Source: Gemmatimonadota bacterium (GTDB lineage Bacteria; Gemmatimonadota; Gemmatimonadetes; Palauibacterales; Palauibacteraceae). From it: a stretch of DNA of 64,000 bases. The stretch's first letter is position 1, and every line of letters starts with the position of its first letter. Under the pieces are notes generated by a model. That model saw nothing but the letters and a program-made list of their open reading frames with translations. It was not told where the DNA came from and ran no database searches. The stretch is taken from assembly GCA_036679495.1 (NCBI GenBank), contig JAZDDE010000304.1, positions 6,674 to 70,673 on the forward strand, in the 5' to 3' direction. Position numbers and translations under genes: made by a program. This document shows, piece by piece, positions 9,901 to 20,250 of this stretch.

Positions 9901-10843
9901 CCACCTCGGCGTAACGCTTGCGAAACCAGCGGTAGGTCTCCTCGATTCCCGCCCGCAGCTCGATCTTGTGGCGCCAGCCGAGCGCGTGGAGGCGCGAGAC
10001 ATCGAGCAACTTCCGCGGAGAACCGTCCGGCTTGCCCGCGTCGAAGGCCAGTTCGACCTCGGGAGCCACGACGCTACGGATAATCTCGGCGAGTTCGCGG
10101 ATGCTGAGATCGACGCCGGTTCCCACGTTGATGTGAGAGTCCTCGTCATAGTGGCGCAGGAGAAAGAGGCAGGAGTCGGCGAGGTCGTCGACGTGGAGGA
10201 ACTCCCGGCACGGCGAACCGCTGCCCCAGACCATCACTTCGCGCTCACCGTTGAGCTTGGCTTCGTGGAACTTGCGCAGCAAGGCCGGCAGCACATGGGA
10301 GCTTTCGAGGTCGAAGTTGTCGTTTGGGCCGTAGAGGTTGGTCGGCATAGCCGAGATGAAGTCGGCTCCGTACTGCCGGCGGTAGGCCTGACAGAGCTTG
10401 ATGCCGGCGATCTTGGCGATGGCGTAGGCCTCGTTGGTGGGCTCGAGCCGACCGCTGAGCAAGGCCTCTTCAGTCATCGGCTGGGGCGCCTCACGCGGAT
10501 AGATGCACGAGCTGCCGAGGTAGAGCAAGCGCTTGACCGCGAATTTGTGGGCAGCGTGCACTACCGTCGCGTGGATCATGAGGTTGTCGTAGATGAACTC
10601 GGCCGGTCGGGTCGAGTTGGCGAGGATGCCGCCGACCGTGCCGGCGACGAGAAAGACGTAATCCGGCCGGTTGCTCTGGAACCAGTAGTTCACCGCGGCC
10701 TGGTCCCGCAGGTCGAGCTGTGCGCGGGTCGCCGTCAACACGTTGGTAAAGCCCTCGGTCTCGAGCTTGCGCAGGAGGGCCGAGCCGACAAGGCCGCGGT
10801 GGCCGGCGACATAGATGGCTGAGTTTAGTGGTAGTTCCTCCAT
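9860..10843 (-). CDS. fcl: GDP-L-fucose synthase (GDP-4-keto-6-deoxymannose 3,5-epimerase/4-reductase)
   Basis: Fcl/WcaG hallmarks: NAD(P)-binding GHRGLVGSA, catalytic SSCIYP and YAIAK. Start moved to the internal ATG at 10843. Confidence 0.85.
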   Translation of the reverse strand: MEELPLNSAIYVAGHRGLVGSALLRKLETEGFTNVLTATRAQLDLRDQAAVNYWFQSNRPDYVFLVAGTVGGILANSTRPAEFIYDNLMIHATVVHAAHKFAVKRLLYLGSSCIYPREAPQPMTEEALLSGRLEPTNEAYAIAKIAGIKLCQAYRRQYGADFISAMPTNLYGPNDNFDLESSHVLPALLRKFHEAKLNGEREVMVWGSGSPCREFLHVDDLADSCLFLLRHYDEDSHINVGTGVDLSIRELAEIIRSVVAPEVELAFDAGKPDGSPRKLLDVSRLHALGWRHKIELRAGIEETYRWFRKRYAEVVTSEARPSALAGR

Positions 10844-10914
10844 CAACAACTCCTCGAGTGACTGGCGAACCCTATCAAGATGTGGCGCTCCGCTAGCTGC
10901 GGAGTGATCGATAC

Positions 10915-11721
10915 CTATGGCAGCGAACGCTCCCGGAGAATGCGCCACCCGGCGACCTCCTGGGCCAGTGTGAGCTCCTTGGTGACGGAGTCGCTGTAGC
11001 GGTCCGAGCGAAAGGTCTGAGCGAAGCGCACGACGACTTCACTCTCGTGAATCAGATCCAGCTGGATGTCGTCAAGCTCCACCTCTATGAACTCCGGCGC
11101 TTCGAGACGCTGGGTTCGGGTTTCCACCCAGGCCTCGCGCGTGGAGCCATCGCCAGGCTGGAAGAGCCTCGAGTAGCACTCCAGGTAGCTCGCCACGTCC
11201 TGCCTCTGCCAGGCCGTCCGCCAGATCTCGACGAGGGCGAGAACTGGGCTGGCGATTTCTGCCGACTGATTGGAAGCGGCCTCTCGGACCTCGGCCTCTT
11301 GGACCCCGGGCTCAGGGATCTCGGCCTCAGGGACCTCGACCTCCTGGACCCCGGCCTCCGGGACCCGGTCTTCAACTTGCTCCGAGATCTCGTCAACGGG
11401 CGCTGCATCCTCGGCGCTTCTCTCGACGAGTCGAACCAGGTCAGAGGGCGACAGACGGGCGAGAGGAATCTCAAAGCGCACTCGATGACCGGGCTTGACC
11501 TTCGCGGCGTCCTCGATGTCGAGAAGTGTGCGCTGCGCCGTCGACTCTACGACCTCAGCCAGGCCGACCTCCACGATCTTGACTTCGTCGCTGACTTGCA
11601 GGTCGTAGTAGACCGTGCCGGTGTCGCCCGATCGAAGCAGGTCGCCGAGGGGCTCCTCGAGGTACACCTGGCCGCCGCTAAGCGAGATCACCGTAGCGAT
11701 CAAGACGACGGTGGCGTTCAT
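10915..11721 (-). CDS. hypothetical secreted protein with an acidic Pro/Glu/Val tandem repeat and an NTF2/SnoaL-like C-terminal domain
   Basis: N-terminal signal peptide, (VPEAGVQE/VPEAEIPE)n repeats and a C-terminal W..W..D...YL..YS motif block. 4-nt overlap with wcaF. Confidence 0.45.
   Translation of the reverse strand: MNATVVLIATVISLSGGQVYLEEPLGDLLRSGDTGTVYYDLQVSDEVKIVEVGLAEVVESTAQRTLLDIEDAAKVKPGHRVRFEIPLARLSPSDLVRLVERSAEDAAPVDEISEQVEDRVPEAGVQEVEVPEAEIPEPGVQEAEVREAASNQSAEIASPVLALVEIWRTAWQRQDVASYLECYSRLFQPGDGSTREAWVETRTQRLEAPEFIEVELDDIQLDLIHESEVVVRFAQTFRSDRYSDSVTKELTLAQEVAGWRILRERSLP
11281..11375. repeat. imperfect tandem nucleotide repeats of ~24 nt (ctcggcct.. ggacc ccgg gctcagggat) inside the CDS
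   Basis: Read directly. They encode the acidic PE-repeats. Confidence 0.5.
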
Positions 11722-12281
11722 CGGTCAGTTTGCGCCGGTTTCGCCTCGACGCGGCGGGTACGGACGAGGATGGCGGGATTGCCCGAGTAGATCGACCATG
11801 GCTCCAGGTCGGACACGGCGATCGCGCCCAGGCCGAGCACTGCTCCCTGGCGCAGGGTCACGCCCGGCGCGACTACGGCCTGCGCACCGATCCAGCACTG
11901 TCCTTCGAGCGCTATCGGCGCCGTCATCAGTGCGAAATCCTCGCACGACCAGTCGTGGCTGCCGGTGCAGAGATAGGCGCCCTGGGAGATGCAGCAATGG
12001 TCGCCCACGGTCACTGGCGCGAGGTTGTCGATCCACACGCCTTCACCAAGCCACACGTGATCGCCGATCGCGAGCCGCCAAGGGAACTTGACCCGCAACC
12101 TCGGCTTGAGTCTCACACCCCGGCCGATCTGCGCACCGAAGAGACGAAGCAAGAAGGAGCGCCACGCAGAGCCGGGAAGCCAGGACTCGACGAAAAACCA
12201 GGAGGTATTCAGCCAGAGCGCCTCGACCAGCCGTGAGCGTCCGCGGTCGAAGTTTCGGCTGTCGAAGGTGTCAAGGCGCAC
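11718..12281 (-). CDS. wcaF: WcaF-type hexapeptide-repeat acetyltransferase (colanic-acid-like O-acetyltransferase)
   Basis: Near-collinear with E. coli WcaF (WRAFLLRLFGAKIG, YPWKL, ISQKSYLCTGSHD, GNPAVVIRER equivalents all present). Confidence 0.8.
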   Translation of the reverse strand: MRLDTFDSRNFDRGRSRLVEALWLNTSWFFVESWLPGSAWRSFLLRLFGAQIGRGVRLKPRLRVKFPWRLAIGDHVWLGEGVWIDNLAPVTVGDHCCISQGAYLCTGSHDWSCEDFALMTAPIALEGQCWIGAQAVVAPGVTLRQGAVLGLGAIAVSDLEPWSIYSGNPAILVRTRRVEAKPAQTDR

Positions 12282-12290
12282 GGCAAATCC

Positions 12291-13463
12291 TCAGCGATCT
12301 CGCAGGACTTCAGAATAGCAACTCTCCAGCCGGTCGGTGCTGGCCTCCCAGGTGAGCTCAGCGACGGCGAACGAGCGACCGCGCGCACCCATCTCCGCGG
12401 CCGCTGAGGGGTCGTCGAGCAAGCCAACCAGGGCCTCGTATAGCGTGCCGGGGTCCGCACAGTCGCAGACGACACCGGCTTGCGCTTGATCAACATGAGA
12501 GCGGCTGTTCACGCGGTCGGAAATTACCACCGGCAGTCCCATCTGCATGGCCTCGGCGACGACCAGCCCGAAGTTCTCCTGCCGTGACGGCAGAACGAAG
12601 AGCTCCGCGGCGGCGTAGGCGCCCCATTTGAGATCGCCGGTCAGGCGGCCGCAGAGAAGTACCGAATCGCTAAGGCCAAGGTTCTCGATCTGTCGGCGCA
12701 TGGAGCTCATGTGTTCGTCTTCGCCTGAGCCAGCAATGACGAACAGCAGGTCCGGCCGGCCAGCGATGAGCCTGGGCAGAACGTCGAGCAAGCGATCCAA
12801 CCCCTTCTTCGGGTGGATACGACTGAGAAACAGCATCCGCCGGCGATCGCGAGCGCTAGGGAAACGGTTCAGGAAGTCCTGGCGCAAGGGAGCGGGGTCC
12901 CGGCGGTGGGGTGCGTCGGAGCCTAGTGGCACGATGGCGGCGGGCGCCAACCCCTTGACGGCCGCTTCGGCCAGCTCGCGCTCCTCCTCGGTGGTGTAGA
13001 CGGTGCGCGCCGCCCGGCGCAAATTGCGCTTTTCGAGCAGAGCCAAGTAGACCGCCTTGCGCGCCCGCCGCACGCCGAGCGAGTACGGGTCAAGCATCCC
13101 ATGCGGCATGATGAGGTAGGGCTTGCCGTGGTGCTTGCATAGTCGCCGCGCGGGGGCGAAGAAGGGGTGCCAGAGAGTATGGATGTGCACCAAGTCAGCC
13201 GTCGCTATTGCCTGAGCCAGGACTGATCCGGCTCGTGAGCTCAGACCCAAGAGGCTCGGCCGATCAGCGGTCAGCAGTTCGAGTTCGACGCCCGCCGGCA
13301 CCGTAGCCACGATCTCGTCGTGGGCGTCGGCTCCGTGGAGGTCGGTCGTGAGAATCGTGATGTCCCAACCCCGCTCGGCGAGGGCGGCTGAGTGTCGGTT
13401 GACGACGACCGGTGGTCCGCCGGCACGTGGGTGAAGATAGGGCGTGACTTGGAGCAGTTTCAC
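12291..13463 (-). CDS. glycosyltransferase, GT4 family
   Basis: GT-B fold with the C-terminal E-x7-E region (PSRQENFGLVVAEAMQMGLPVV). GTG start at 13463 has a GGAGG SD 6 nt upstream and a GTGA overlap with the upstream stop. Confidence 0.8.
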   Translation of the reverse strand: MKLLQVTPYLHPRAGGPPVVVNRHSAALAERGWDITILTTDLHGADAHDEIVATVPAGVELELLTADRPSLLGLSSRAGSVLAQAIATADLVHIHTLWHPFFAPARRLCKHHGKPYLIMPHGMLDPYSLGVRRARKAVYLALLEKRNLRRAARTVYTTEEERELAEAAVKGLAPAAIVPLGSDAPHRRDPAPLRQDFLNRFPSARDRRRMLFLSRIHPKKGLDRLLDVLPRLIAGRPDLLFVIAGSGEDEHMSSMRRQIENLGLSDSVLLCGRLTGDLKWGAYAAAELFVLPSRQENFGLVVAEAMQMGLPVVISDRVNSRSHVDQAQAGVVCDCADPGTLYEALVGLLDDPSAAAEMGARGRSFAVAELTWEASTDRLESCYSEVLRDR

Positions 13464-14650
13464 GCCGAGCCTCCAGCCCTGATGGCCTCCCGGTAGACCT
13501 CGACAGTCTGCCGTGCCATCACCTCGACGCTGAAGCGGTGGCGGGCGGTCTCGGCTGCCGCCGTGCCGAGGCGGTGCCGCTCGCCGGCGTCGTTCAGTAG
13601 CGCGGAGAGCACTCCGACCCATGCGTCAAGGTCGCCGGGAACACAAAGCCGTCCGTTCTCGCCATCGGTGATCGCCTCCGGAATGCCATCGGTAGCACTC
13701 GCGCAGCAGGCCAGACCGGCGGTCAGCGCCTCGAGCAGAGCGAGGGGCAGGCCCTCGAATTTGGAAGGCATGAGGAAGACATCGAAGGCGTGCAATCGCT
13801 CGGCGGCGTCGTTCTGCCATCCATCGATGAGGAGCCGCTCCCCTAGATTGTGCCGGCCGGCTGCGGCCTCGACTTCGCTGCGCATCCTGCCGTCACCGAT
13901 CCACACACCCTTCACCGGCAGGCCCGCGGCCGTCAGGGCCGCCAACACTTCGACCACAAAGAGAGGATCCTTTTGGGCTTCTATGCGGCCCACGCAGCCG
14001 AGCACGAGTTCGTTGTCGGCGACACGCCAGTGGTCGCGGAAGCGTCGGCGCAGAGACCTGGCGTCGCCAGCCGTTGGCGCTTGCGCTACGCCATTGTGGA
14101 TCGCGTACAAGCGCTTCTGGGAGCGCAGGAACGGCAGCCAATCTGCCAGCGTGTCCGCCGAGTGCCGGGAGACTGCGATGTGGAGTGCCGACGAGCGTTC
14201 GAGAGCGCGGCGGGCCACGCGCAGCCGCAGTCCACCGGCGACAGCACCGAGCGTTTTTGGCGAACCCGGAATGTGAATCGTCGAAACTTTCGGCAGCTGC
14301 GCGTCACTGGCTGCCGCCAGAAGGTCGAGCCCATCCTCCGCCACCTGCTGATTCAGGTGCACGACATCTGGGGAGAGCCGCCGGAATTCGTCGCTCAGCC
14401 GCCCTATCTGGCGGCGGTCGTGCGTGGCTCCAAGAACGCGTAGCGGGCGCTGGTACATATTGGTGAGTGGCAGTCGATGAACCTGGGCCAAGGACTCAAT
14501 CTGGGTCGCGAGTTCGTCCATCACCGGAGCGCTGGCCAGGAGGACGTGAACCTCGTGCTCGAGCGCCGTGAGACCTTCGGCCAAGCGCCGGAGGTAGATC
14601 TCGCCACCGCCGCGCGAGCCGGAGTTGGACGAGACGAGGAGGACCTTCAC
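13460..14650 (-). CDS. glycosyltransferase, GT4 family
   Basis: MKVLLVS..GGGE N-terminus and MPSKFEGLPLALLEALTAGL C-terminal motif. Confidence 0.8.
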   Translation of the reverse strand: MKVLLVSSNSGSRGGGEIYLRRLAEGLTALEHEVHVLLASAPVMDELATQIESLAQVHRLPLTNMYQRPLRVLGATHDRRQIGRLSDEFRRLSPDVVHLNQQVAEDGLDLLAAASDAQLPKVSTIHIPGSPKTLGAVAGGLRLRVARRALERSSALHIAVSRHSADTLADWLPFLRSQKRLYAIHNGVAQAPTAGDARSLRRRFRDHWRVADNELVLGCVGRIEAQKDPLFVVEVLAALTAAGLPVKGVWIGDGRMRSEVEAAAGRHNLGERLLIDGWQNDAAERLHAFDVFLMPSKFEGLPLALLEALTAGLACCASATDGIPEAITDGENGRLCVPGDLDAWVGVLSALLNDAGERHRLGTAAAETARHRFSVEVMARQTVEVYREAIRAGGSA

Positions 14651-14680
14651 GAGTGGACTTTCAAGCGGCGCCGTCGAACT

Positions 14681-15538
14681 CTACAGGCCGAGCAGTTTCT
14701 TGGCGCTATCGTAGGCTCGGATGAACGGCCGGCGAGTCGCGCTGAAGCGACGATTGCTTGCTCGGAATCCCGCTAGCTGCTCGACCATGGGTGGGTCGAT
14801 CTCAGCAACCCGGAGCTCGAATTGCTGGCGGGCCCACTCGTAGAGTTCTATGTCGAGCTGGTTTCTGGCGGCCACCTCGGCCAAAAGGCGATCGTCGAGG
14901 TCAGGAGCCGGTGTGCCGACTCGCCGAACATTGCGCGACACATAGAAGCAGTCACGCCAGCCGAGTTCGCGCTTGAAGAGGAGGAGTGATTCGTCGAAGC
15001 GCTCCACCAGCCCGAGCGAGTAGAAGTGGTCACGCACGTTCGCTTTGGCGTGCGCGAGAAGTGCCGCGCCGCACTGGCCCAGTGGAGTGCGGTTGATAAA
15101 CAAATCGTCGCTGCCTCCGGCGAGGAACCGCACCTGCCCGTTGTCGAGCTCCATCAGGTCGGTCTCGAGTAGAAACTCCCGAGCGCTCCGGCCTACCGCC
15201 TGCTCGTGGTAGTAAGCGCCCGGCGTCGATGCCGAGTAGTTGTAGAGCGAGACCAGACGGCGCACCGGATCGCGCAGCAGGCAGAGGTACTTTGCGGGTC
15301 GCGCAATCAGCTCGTGCACGCCGAAGCTGAAGTGGCCGGCGATAAAGCGCTCGCTCGCCGGCACCGTGCGAATAGCCTCCGGGATTCCTACGTTTGTTGG
15401 GCGGCCATGCCGTAGGCGCCGAAGCATGCGCCAGGCAAAGCCGGGCCCGTAGTTACGCAGGAGCACATGATGGAGAGTTGAGCCGGCGTTCTTCTGGATA
15501 TGGAGAAAAACGACCACGGGCTGCGGGGGGTGGGTCAT
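14681..15538 (-). CDS. sulfotransferase (Sulfotransfer_2-like)
   Basis: 5'-PSB-like VVVFLHIQKNAGST and 3'-PB-like LLRDPVRRLVSLY motifs. Start at the internal ATG with a 4-nt overlap. Confidence 0.65.
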   Translation of the reverse strand: MTHPPQPVVVFLHIQKNAGSTLHHVLLRNYGPGFAWRMLRRLRHGRPTNVGIPEAIRTVPASERFIAGHFSFGVHELIARPAKYLCLLRDPVRRLVSLYNYSASTPGAYYHEQAVGRSAREFLLETDLMELDNGQVRFLAGGSDDLFINRTPLGQCGAALLAHAKANVRDHFYSLGLVERFDESLLLFKRELGWRDCFYVSRNVRRVGTPAPDLDDRLLAEVAARNQLDIELYEWARQQFELRVAEIDPPMVEQLAGFRASNRRFSATRRPFIRAYDSAKKLLGL

Positions 15539-16650
15539 TCGGCGCGCCCAAGCACCTGATTGCACAGAGCTCGCCAGCGCTCGACCCCCTTCGCGAGGGT
15601 CCACTCGCCCACCATCGCGCTCGATTCTCGGCTGAAGCGTTGCCGTAGCTCAGCCGAGGAGATCAGTTGGTCGAGCGCGGTGGCGAGCGCCGCGGCATCA
15701 TCGACTGGCACGACCAGGCCGTTGACGCCCTCACGCACCAAGTCATCGGCGGCGGCAACGCCTTGGGTGGTGACGATCGGTAGACCTGCCGCGAGAGCTT
15801 CATTCATCACCACACCCCAGCCGTCGTGGCGGCTAGGGAGAACGAAGAGGTCCGCAGCGGCAAATATGTCCGGCAAGTCATCCGGTTGGCGAAAACCGAG
15901 GAAGGCAATCCTCTCAGTGAGTTCCCGTGGCACCCCCGCCCGGTAACGCTGTAACTCGGGCCCGGCACCGACCAGGGTTAAGCGTGCCTCGCCACGCCGG
16001 TCGGCGATCTTCGAGAAGGCCTGGAGTAACGTATCGACGCCCTTTCTTTCGATCATTTGACCGCTGTAGAGCACCGTGACTCGAGAGCTGTCGGGCTGGC
16101 GCCCAAGAGCGGCCCGGGCAAAAGGTTCCGTGTCGCAATGGTACGGGATGTTGACTACCGGCACATGGCGGTTCAGATGCCGATAGGCGGGTACGGCGCG
16201 GCTACCAATGGCCGCGATGGCGTCGGCCTGGGCCACCGGGCGCTGAAGCCCCCAGCGCACGGCACGCCCGAGAGGCCCACGATGGCTCATGGCCGGCACC
16301 TCGCCCCAGAACACCCATGGACAGCGAGGCCGAAGCCAGCGCATCACGCGCTGCGCTGTCATGGAGGAGTAATCGCTGACCACAACCAGATCGGGAGCAA
16401 AGGCCTCAAGGTCGCGCACCGCTGTCGGGTTCCAGTGCGCCGACGGTCCAAGCCAATGGAGAGTCCGGCCGGGTAGAATTCGTTCGAACGCGGCGAGCTC
16501 GTTCGGCTGCCAATCGCGGTCGGTGGCGTCGGCGGTGTAGTACAACACCACCAGCTCGAACTCCGGGTCCGCCGCCAACGCCCCAAGGAACTGGCGTTGA
16601 TAGGGCGACGGCATAACCGTCAGAAAAGCGAGCCGGGTCGGTCGGATCAC
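15535..16650 (-). CDS. glycosyltransferase, GT4 family
   Basis: LPSRHDGWGVVMNEALAAGLPIV motif and GT-B architecture. Confidence 0.8.
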   Translation of the reverse strand: MIRPTRLAFLTVMPSPYQRQFLGALAADPEFELVVLYYTADATDRDWQPNELAAFERILPGRTLHWLGPSAHWNPTAVRDLEAFAPDLVVVSDYSSMTAQRVMRWLRPRCPWVFWGEVPAMSHRGPLGRAVRWGLQRPVAQADAIAAIGSRAVPAYRHLNRHVPVVNIPYHCDTEPFARAALGRQPDSSRVTVLYSGQMIERKGVDTLLQAFSKIADRRGEARLTLVGAGPELQRYRAGVPRELTERIAFLGFRQPDDLPDIFAAADLFVLPSRHDGWGVVMNEALAAGLPIVTTQGVAAADDLVREGVNGLVVPVDDAAALATALDQLISSAELRQRFSRESSAMVGEWTLAKGVERWRALCNQVLGRAE

Positions 16651-17996
16651 GAGCGTTGTGGGGTGATCGGGCCGCCGGCGCGCCAGGCAGCCATACGCTG
16701 CGAGTACTCCTTCTGCGTCACCACGATAACGGCAAGGAAGACAAAGATCGCCTGGTAGAAGACGGGAAACGTAAACGAACGGCCGATGACGAAGAAGCCG
16801 GCTAGGCCCATGGCGTAGAACGTCATGACAGTGATGTATTGGAAGGCGACCTCCCCGAGTCGGTCCCAGGTTCGACAGATCCAGCCGCCGACCGCGCTCA
16901 CCAACAGAATCCCGGCGATACCGAAGTTCATGTACATCTCGCCGACGATGCCGTAGGCCGCGGTGTATCCGGTACCCACCGAGCCGGGCGCGACGATGGC
17001 CGCGTAAGTGACCCCGAAGCGCGGCGGCTTGCCCTCCCAGAGGAAGCGCGGGAAGGGATTGACCAGCTCCGCGATGTAGCTCTCGCCCCAGACGAAATCG
17101 TACGTATCAGGGAAGTACTTGGTGATGAAGAGCAACTCCCGAAACATCTCGAAGCCGACATACTGGGTCTCGGCGCCCCAGGCCAGGACTCCTTGCTCTC
17201 GGCCGGCGACGACCGCGACGGAGTACTCGTAGAACACGAAGCCTAGCGGCACCATGAGCAAGATCAGTCGGCGCCGGTAATGGAGCGGGAGTCGCCAGAC
17301 GACGGCCATAGCGATGGGGATCAATGTGATGATCAACGAGGAACGGGTGCCCGAGCCATAGGCGCGGAGCAAGGCGTACGTCACCACCAAAGCCGCGAAA
17401 CAGCGTTTCCAGATCGGTTGATCGCGGCGCAGGGCATAGACCGTAGCGAGGCCGGCAAGGCCGATCAGAAACAGTTCGAGCATAAGCATCGCATCGCGCA
17501 CCTGGCCGAACTGCGCCCGCCCGATGCTGCCGCCCCAGGTCCGGCGCATACCCATGAAGCCACGGACTGTAGAGATGAGGTTGAGTCCGCCGTAGTAAAG
17601 CACCGGTGCTAGTCCGATGAACGCCGCCGACACCGTGACCGCCCACAGGTGACGAGGTTGTTCAAGAAGCGATAGCCGGATCGCCATCGAATCGATGCGG
17701 CGATAGGGAGGTAGCTTGTGATAGCCAAGCAGGAAGCAAGAGATCGAGATGCTTAGGAGAAGGATTCCAAAGTCGTACTCGGCTTGCGTGTAGCCAACGG
17801 TCAAAGCCTCGGGGATCATCAGCGCCTCGAGCAGGTACCAACTCAGGTAGCCACCGAGGACAACGTTGCGCGCTCTCACCAGGCGCAGAAGATCGTGGCG
17901 AAGATCGAGAGCCAAAGCCAAACCAACCGCGACAGCGAGCAGTTGGGCGTAGAAGCCGGAGAGTTCGGAGCCAATCAACGTCAGATCGTCCGGCAC
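16647..17996 (-). CDS. oligosaccharide repeat-unit polymerase (Wzy-like) membrane protein
   Basis: 449 aa, ~11 TM helices with a large loop between late helices. Sits between GT genes in an operon that overlaps at gene boundaries. Confidence 0.5.
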   Translation of the reverse strand: MPDDLTLIGSELSGFYAQLLAVAVGLALALDLRHDLLRLVRARNVVLGGYLSWYLLEALMIPEALTVGYTQAEYDFGILLLSISISCFLLGYHKLPPYRRIDSMAIRLSLLEQPRHLWAVTVSAAFIGLAPVLYYGGLNLISTVRGFMGMRRTWGGSIGRAQFGQVRDAMLMLELFLIGLAGLATVYALRRDQPIWKRCFAALVVTYALLRAYGSGTRSSLIITLIPIAMAVVWRLPLHYRRRLILLMVPLGFVFYEYSVAVVAGREQGVLAWGAETQYVGFEMFRELLFITKYFPDTYDFVWGESYIAELVNPFPRFLWEGKPPRFGVTYAAIVAPGSVGTGYTAAYGIVGEMYMNFGIAGILLVSAVGGWICRTWDRLGEVAFQYITVMTFYAMGLAGFFVIGRSFTFPVFYQAIFVFLAVIVVTQKEYSQRMAAWRAGGPITPQRS

Positions 17997-18967
17997 TCAG
18001 CGAGGAATCGGCGGCGGCGGTAGCTTCGCAGCAGGCGAAGCATCCTGGACTCGAGCCGGCGATGTGGCAGCGCCGAGCCAGGGCTCGGGCGCTCGTGCCG
18101 AAGCCAGTCGTGGACCTCGGGAAACCGATCGCTCAGCCAGGAGAGGAAGGCGGCCTTTGAGTGAGCCTGCATGGAATTATGATAGTGCAGAACGCAGGTA
18201 TCAGTTGGCGCTTCAAGGCTTTCAAACCCTCTTCCCCAAGCCGTCAGGCTGAAGTTGTATCCCGCTGCTAATGGACTCCAGCGCAGACCTCGTTGGGCGA
18301 CGGTGAGCCCCAGAGCAGCCTGTTCGATCCAGTGGATTCCGCTGCGTCGGCACGCTATGCGAGCGTCGAGGAGCTGCACCGCGTTGTCAAAGTAGCTCTC
18401 GGCCAGTCGAGTGTCGCGCCGGTAGGCGAAAACGCCGCTGTTGACGTAGTAGCGAACGATGCGTCGAGTCTCCGGTAGCTCGACCCACGGCAGAATCGAG
18501 AGTTCGACGCCGAGAGCAGCAGCGAACGCTGCCCACAGAGGCTCGTAAGAGTCGCCCTCGCCGGCCGTTTCGATACTTCCCGCCTCCGGTTTGGCGACGA
18601 AATCGACGGCGGGCTCGAGCAGTAACTCTCGCGGTTCGGCGACGACGAGCGCGTCGCTGTCGAGAAAGGCGACGACCTCGGTGGTGACGCGGTCCTCGAC
18701 GGCTCGCAGCGCCCTGGCCTTGTTCAGGAAGTGATACCAGGTGTAAGGGTCTGAGGGAGTCAGGCGAATCACCTCTACGTCCAATGAGGCGAGGCACCTC
18801 AGGGTCTCCTGGCTGAGCCGGGGGCCTGGGCGTGCACAGACCGCGACGACGGGCTGCTGCGCCATGCGTCCGCCGTAACGACGCAGGCTCTCGACGAGTC
18901 GCAGAGTCATGGGTTCGAGCGCCCCCGACTCAATGCAGCAAACGATCGTGCAGTCCGCGGAACTCAT
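17981..18967 (-). CDS. hypothetical nucleotide-diphospho-sugar transferase-like protein (DxD-containing)
   Basis: Soluble protein with FLDSDALVV (DxD) and ATGA coupling to the upstream GT4. No firm family assignment. Confidence 0.35.
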   Translation of the reverse strand: MSSADCTIVCCIESGALEPMTLRLVESLRRYGGRMAQQPVVAVCARPGPRLSQETLRCLASLDVEVIRLTPSDPYTWYHFLNKARALRAVEDRVTTEVVAFLDSDALVVAEPRELLLEPAVDFVAKPEAGSIETAGEGDSYEPLWAAFAAALGVELSILPWVELPETRRIVRYYVNSGVFAYRRDTRLAESYFDNAVQLLDARIACRRSGIHWIEQAALGLTVAQRGLRWSPLAAGYNFSLTAWGRGFESLEAPTDTCVLHYHNSMQAHSKAAFLSWLSDRFPEVHDWLRHERPSPGSALPHRRLESRMLRLLRSYRRRRFLAECRTI

Positions 18968-20226
18968 CGACCGCTCGCCGTCAGTTCCACCAGCTGATCG
19001 ATCACGGACTGCGGGTTGAACCGAGGGTCGGGCGCGGCGGCGGCAGCCGACATTCGAGCCAGCTCCAAGGGGTTCTCCAGACACCAGGTAAGCGCCGCAG
19101 CGATCGCTTCCGCCGACACTTCGGGAAGCACTCTCCCCGTCTCACCCTCGACGACAACCTCACCGCAATGCTTCGACGCAACGATAGGCAGGCCCCAGGC
19201 CTGGGCTTCCAGTTGAGTCAGCCCGAAACCGTCGGAGTGCGTCGGGAAGAGAAACACGTCGGCCGCCTGGTAGTACTCGTCCGTGGCGCTGCGCTGCACA
19301 GGGCCGTGCCAGTGAACTTTCGAGCTTTGCAGTTCCGCGTTACCCACCTCGACCCCTAAGGGCCCGACGAAGTGAAACTCGATCGGGCTGTCGGCCAATA
19401 GACGACTCGCCGCCAGAACCTCGGCGATACCCTTGCGGACAATGGCTGAACCCAAGAAAAGGACCCGCAGAGGCAGCTCGCGGGTAAAGGCCGCTGGGTA
19501 GTGCTTTGGCTTGGACACGAGGGCACGTAGTTCGTGGGCCAAAGGCACAAGGTGGAGCTTGGCCGGGTCGATCCCGGCGCGCTCGAGCGCTTCGAAAGAC
19601 CACTGAGAATTGACCACGATGTAATCGGCCAAGCCGCACTCTTCGCGCCAGCGCTGCCAGTACTCGGTCGGGGCAGGGCGAGAGTATGACTGGAATTCGG
19701 GGACACGGAGCTCGTGAGCGGTAACGATCTCTTCCTCGACAGGTCCGGGGTCGATCTGACCGAGGACCGTGGCCCGGCCCGCCTTCTTGGCGGCCGCGAA
19801 GATGCGTCGAGCCGCATAGCTGTAGGCGAAGACAGTTCCACGGCGAGTCACCGACTCGAAGCCGCCCGATTTGGCGACGCATTTGAGGACTCGGTCTTGA
19901 AACCACTCGTTGCGACGCACGATGGTCGTCCAGTAGTCGCCCCGTTGATGCGCCCGTTGACCCAACTCGAAGGCGAGTAGGGAGCGAGTGAACGCCTCTA
20001 CGCGAGCCCCGTCAAGCTCTGGCCGATAGCGCTCTCGTAGGCGCCGAAAACGAGCTCCCGGTATCAGGAGTGCCGCCGAGCGAGGTGGAACCCAGGCGTC
20101 GGTCATGAGGCCGGCCAGGAGCCCCCGAGCGTGCAGACCGCGCGCCACGGCATAGTGCTCGCGGGCGCCGATCTGACAGCACAGCCAGGGCGCAGGAGGC
20201 GAGGCGGATCTGTCGGAGGACGGCAT
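18964..20226 (-). CDS. glycosyltransferase, GT4 family
   Basis: GT-B fold. C-terminal FLFPTHSDGFGLTQLEAQAWGLPIV motif. Confidence 0.7.
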   Translation of the reverse strand: MPSSDRSASPPAPWLCCQIGAREHYAVARGLHARGLLAGLMTDAWVPPRSAALLIPGARFRRLRERYRPELDGARVEAFTRSLLAFELGQRAHQRGDYWTTIVRRNEWFQDRVLKCVAKSGGFESVTRRGTVFAYSYAARRIFAAAKKAGRATVLGQIDPGPVEEEIVTAHELRVPEFQSYSRPAPTEYWQRWREECGLADYIVVNSQWSFEALERAGIDPAKLHLVPLAHELRALVSKPKHYPAAFTRELPLRVLFLGSAIVRKGIAEVLAASRLLADSPIEFHFVGPLGVEVGNAELQSSKVHWHGPVQRSATDEYYQAADVFLFPTHSDGFGLTQLEAQAWGLPIVASKHCGEVVVEGETGRVLPEVSAEAIAAALTWCLENPLELARMSAAAAAPDPRFNPQSVIDQLVELTASGR

Positions 20227-20250
20227 CGTGATCGGGCGCTGCCTTCCTGG

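Noticed and set aside
12291-13622. Longer versions of several minus-strand ORFs (12291-13622, 17981-19084, 27267-28262, 32675-33796, 35854-36825, 36693-38048, 46033-47130, 50509-51915, 57491-59092)
   Set aside because: The N-terminal extensions are low-complexity or overlap the upstream gene. Internal ATG or GTG starts create canonical 1-4 nt stop/start overlaps or have SD sequences.
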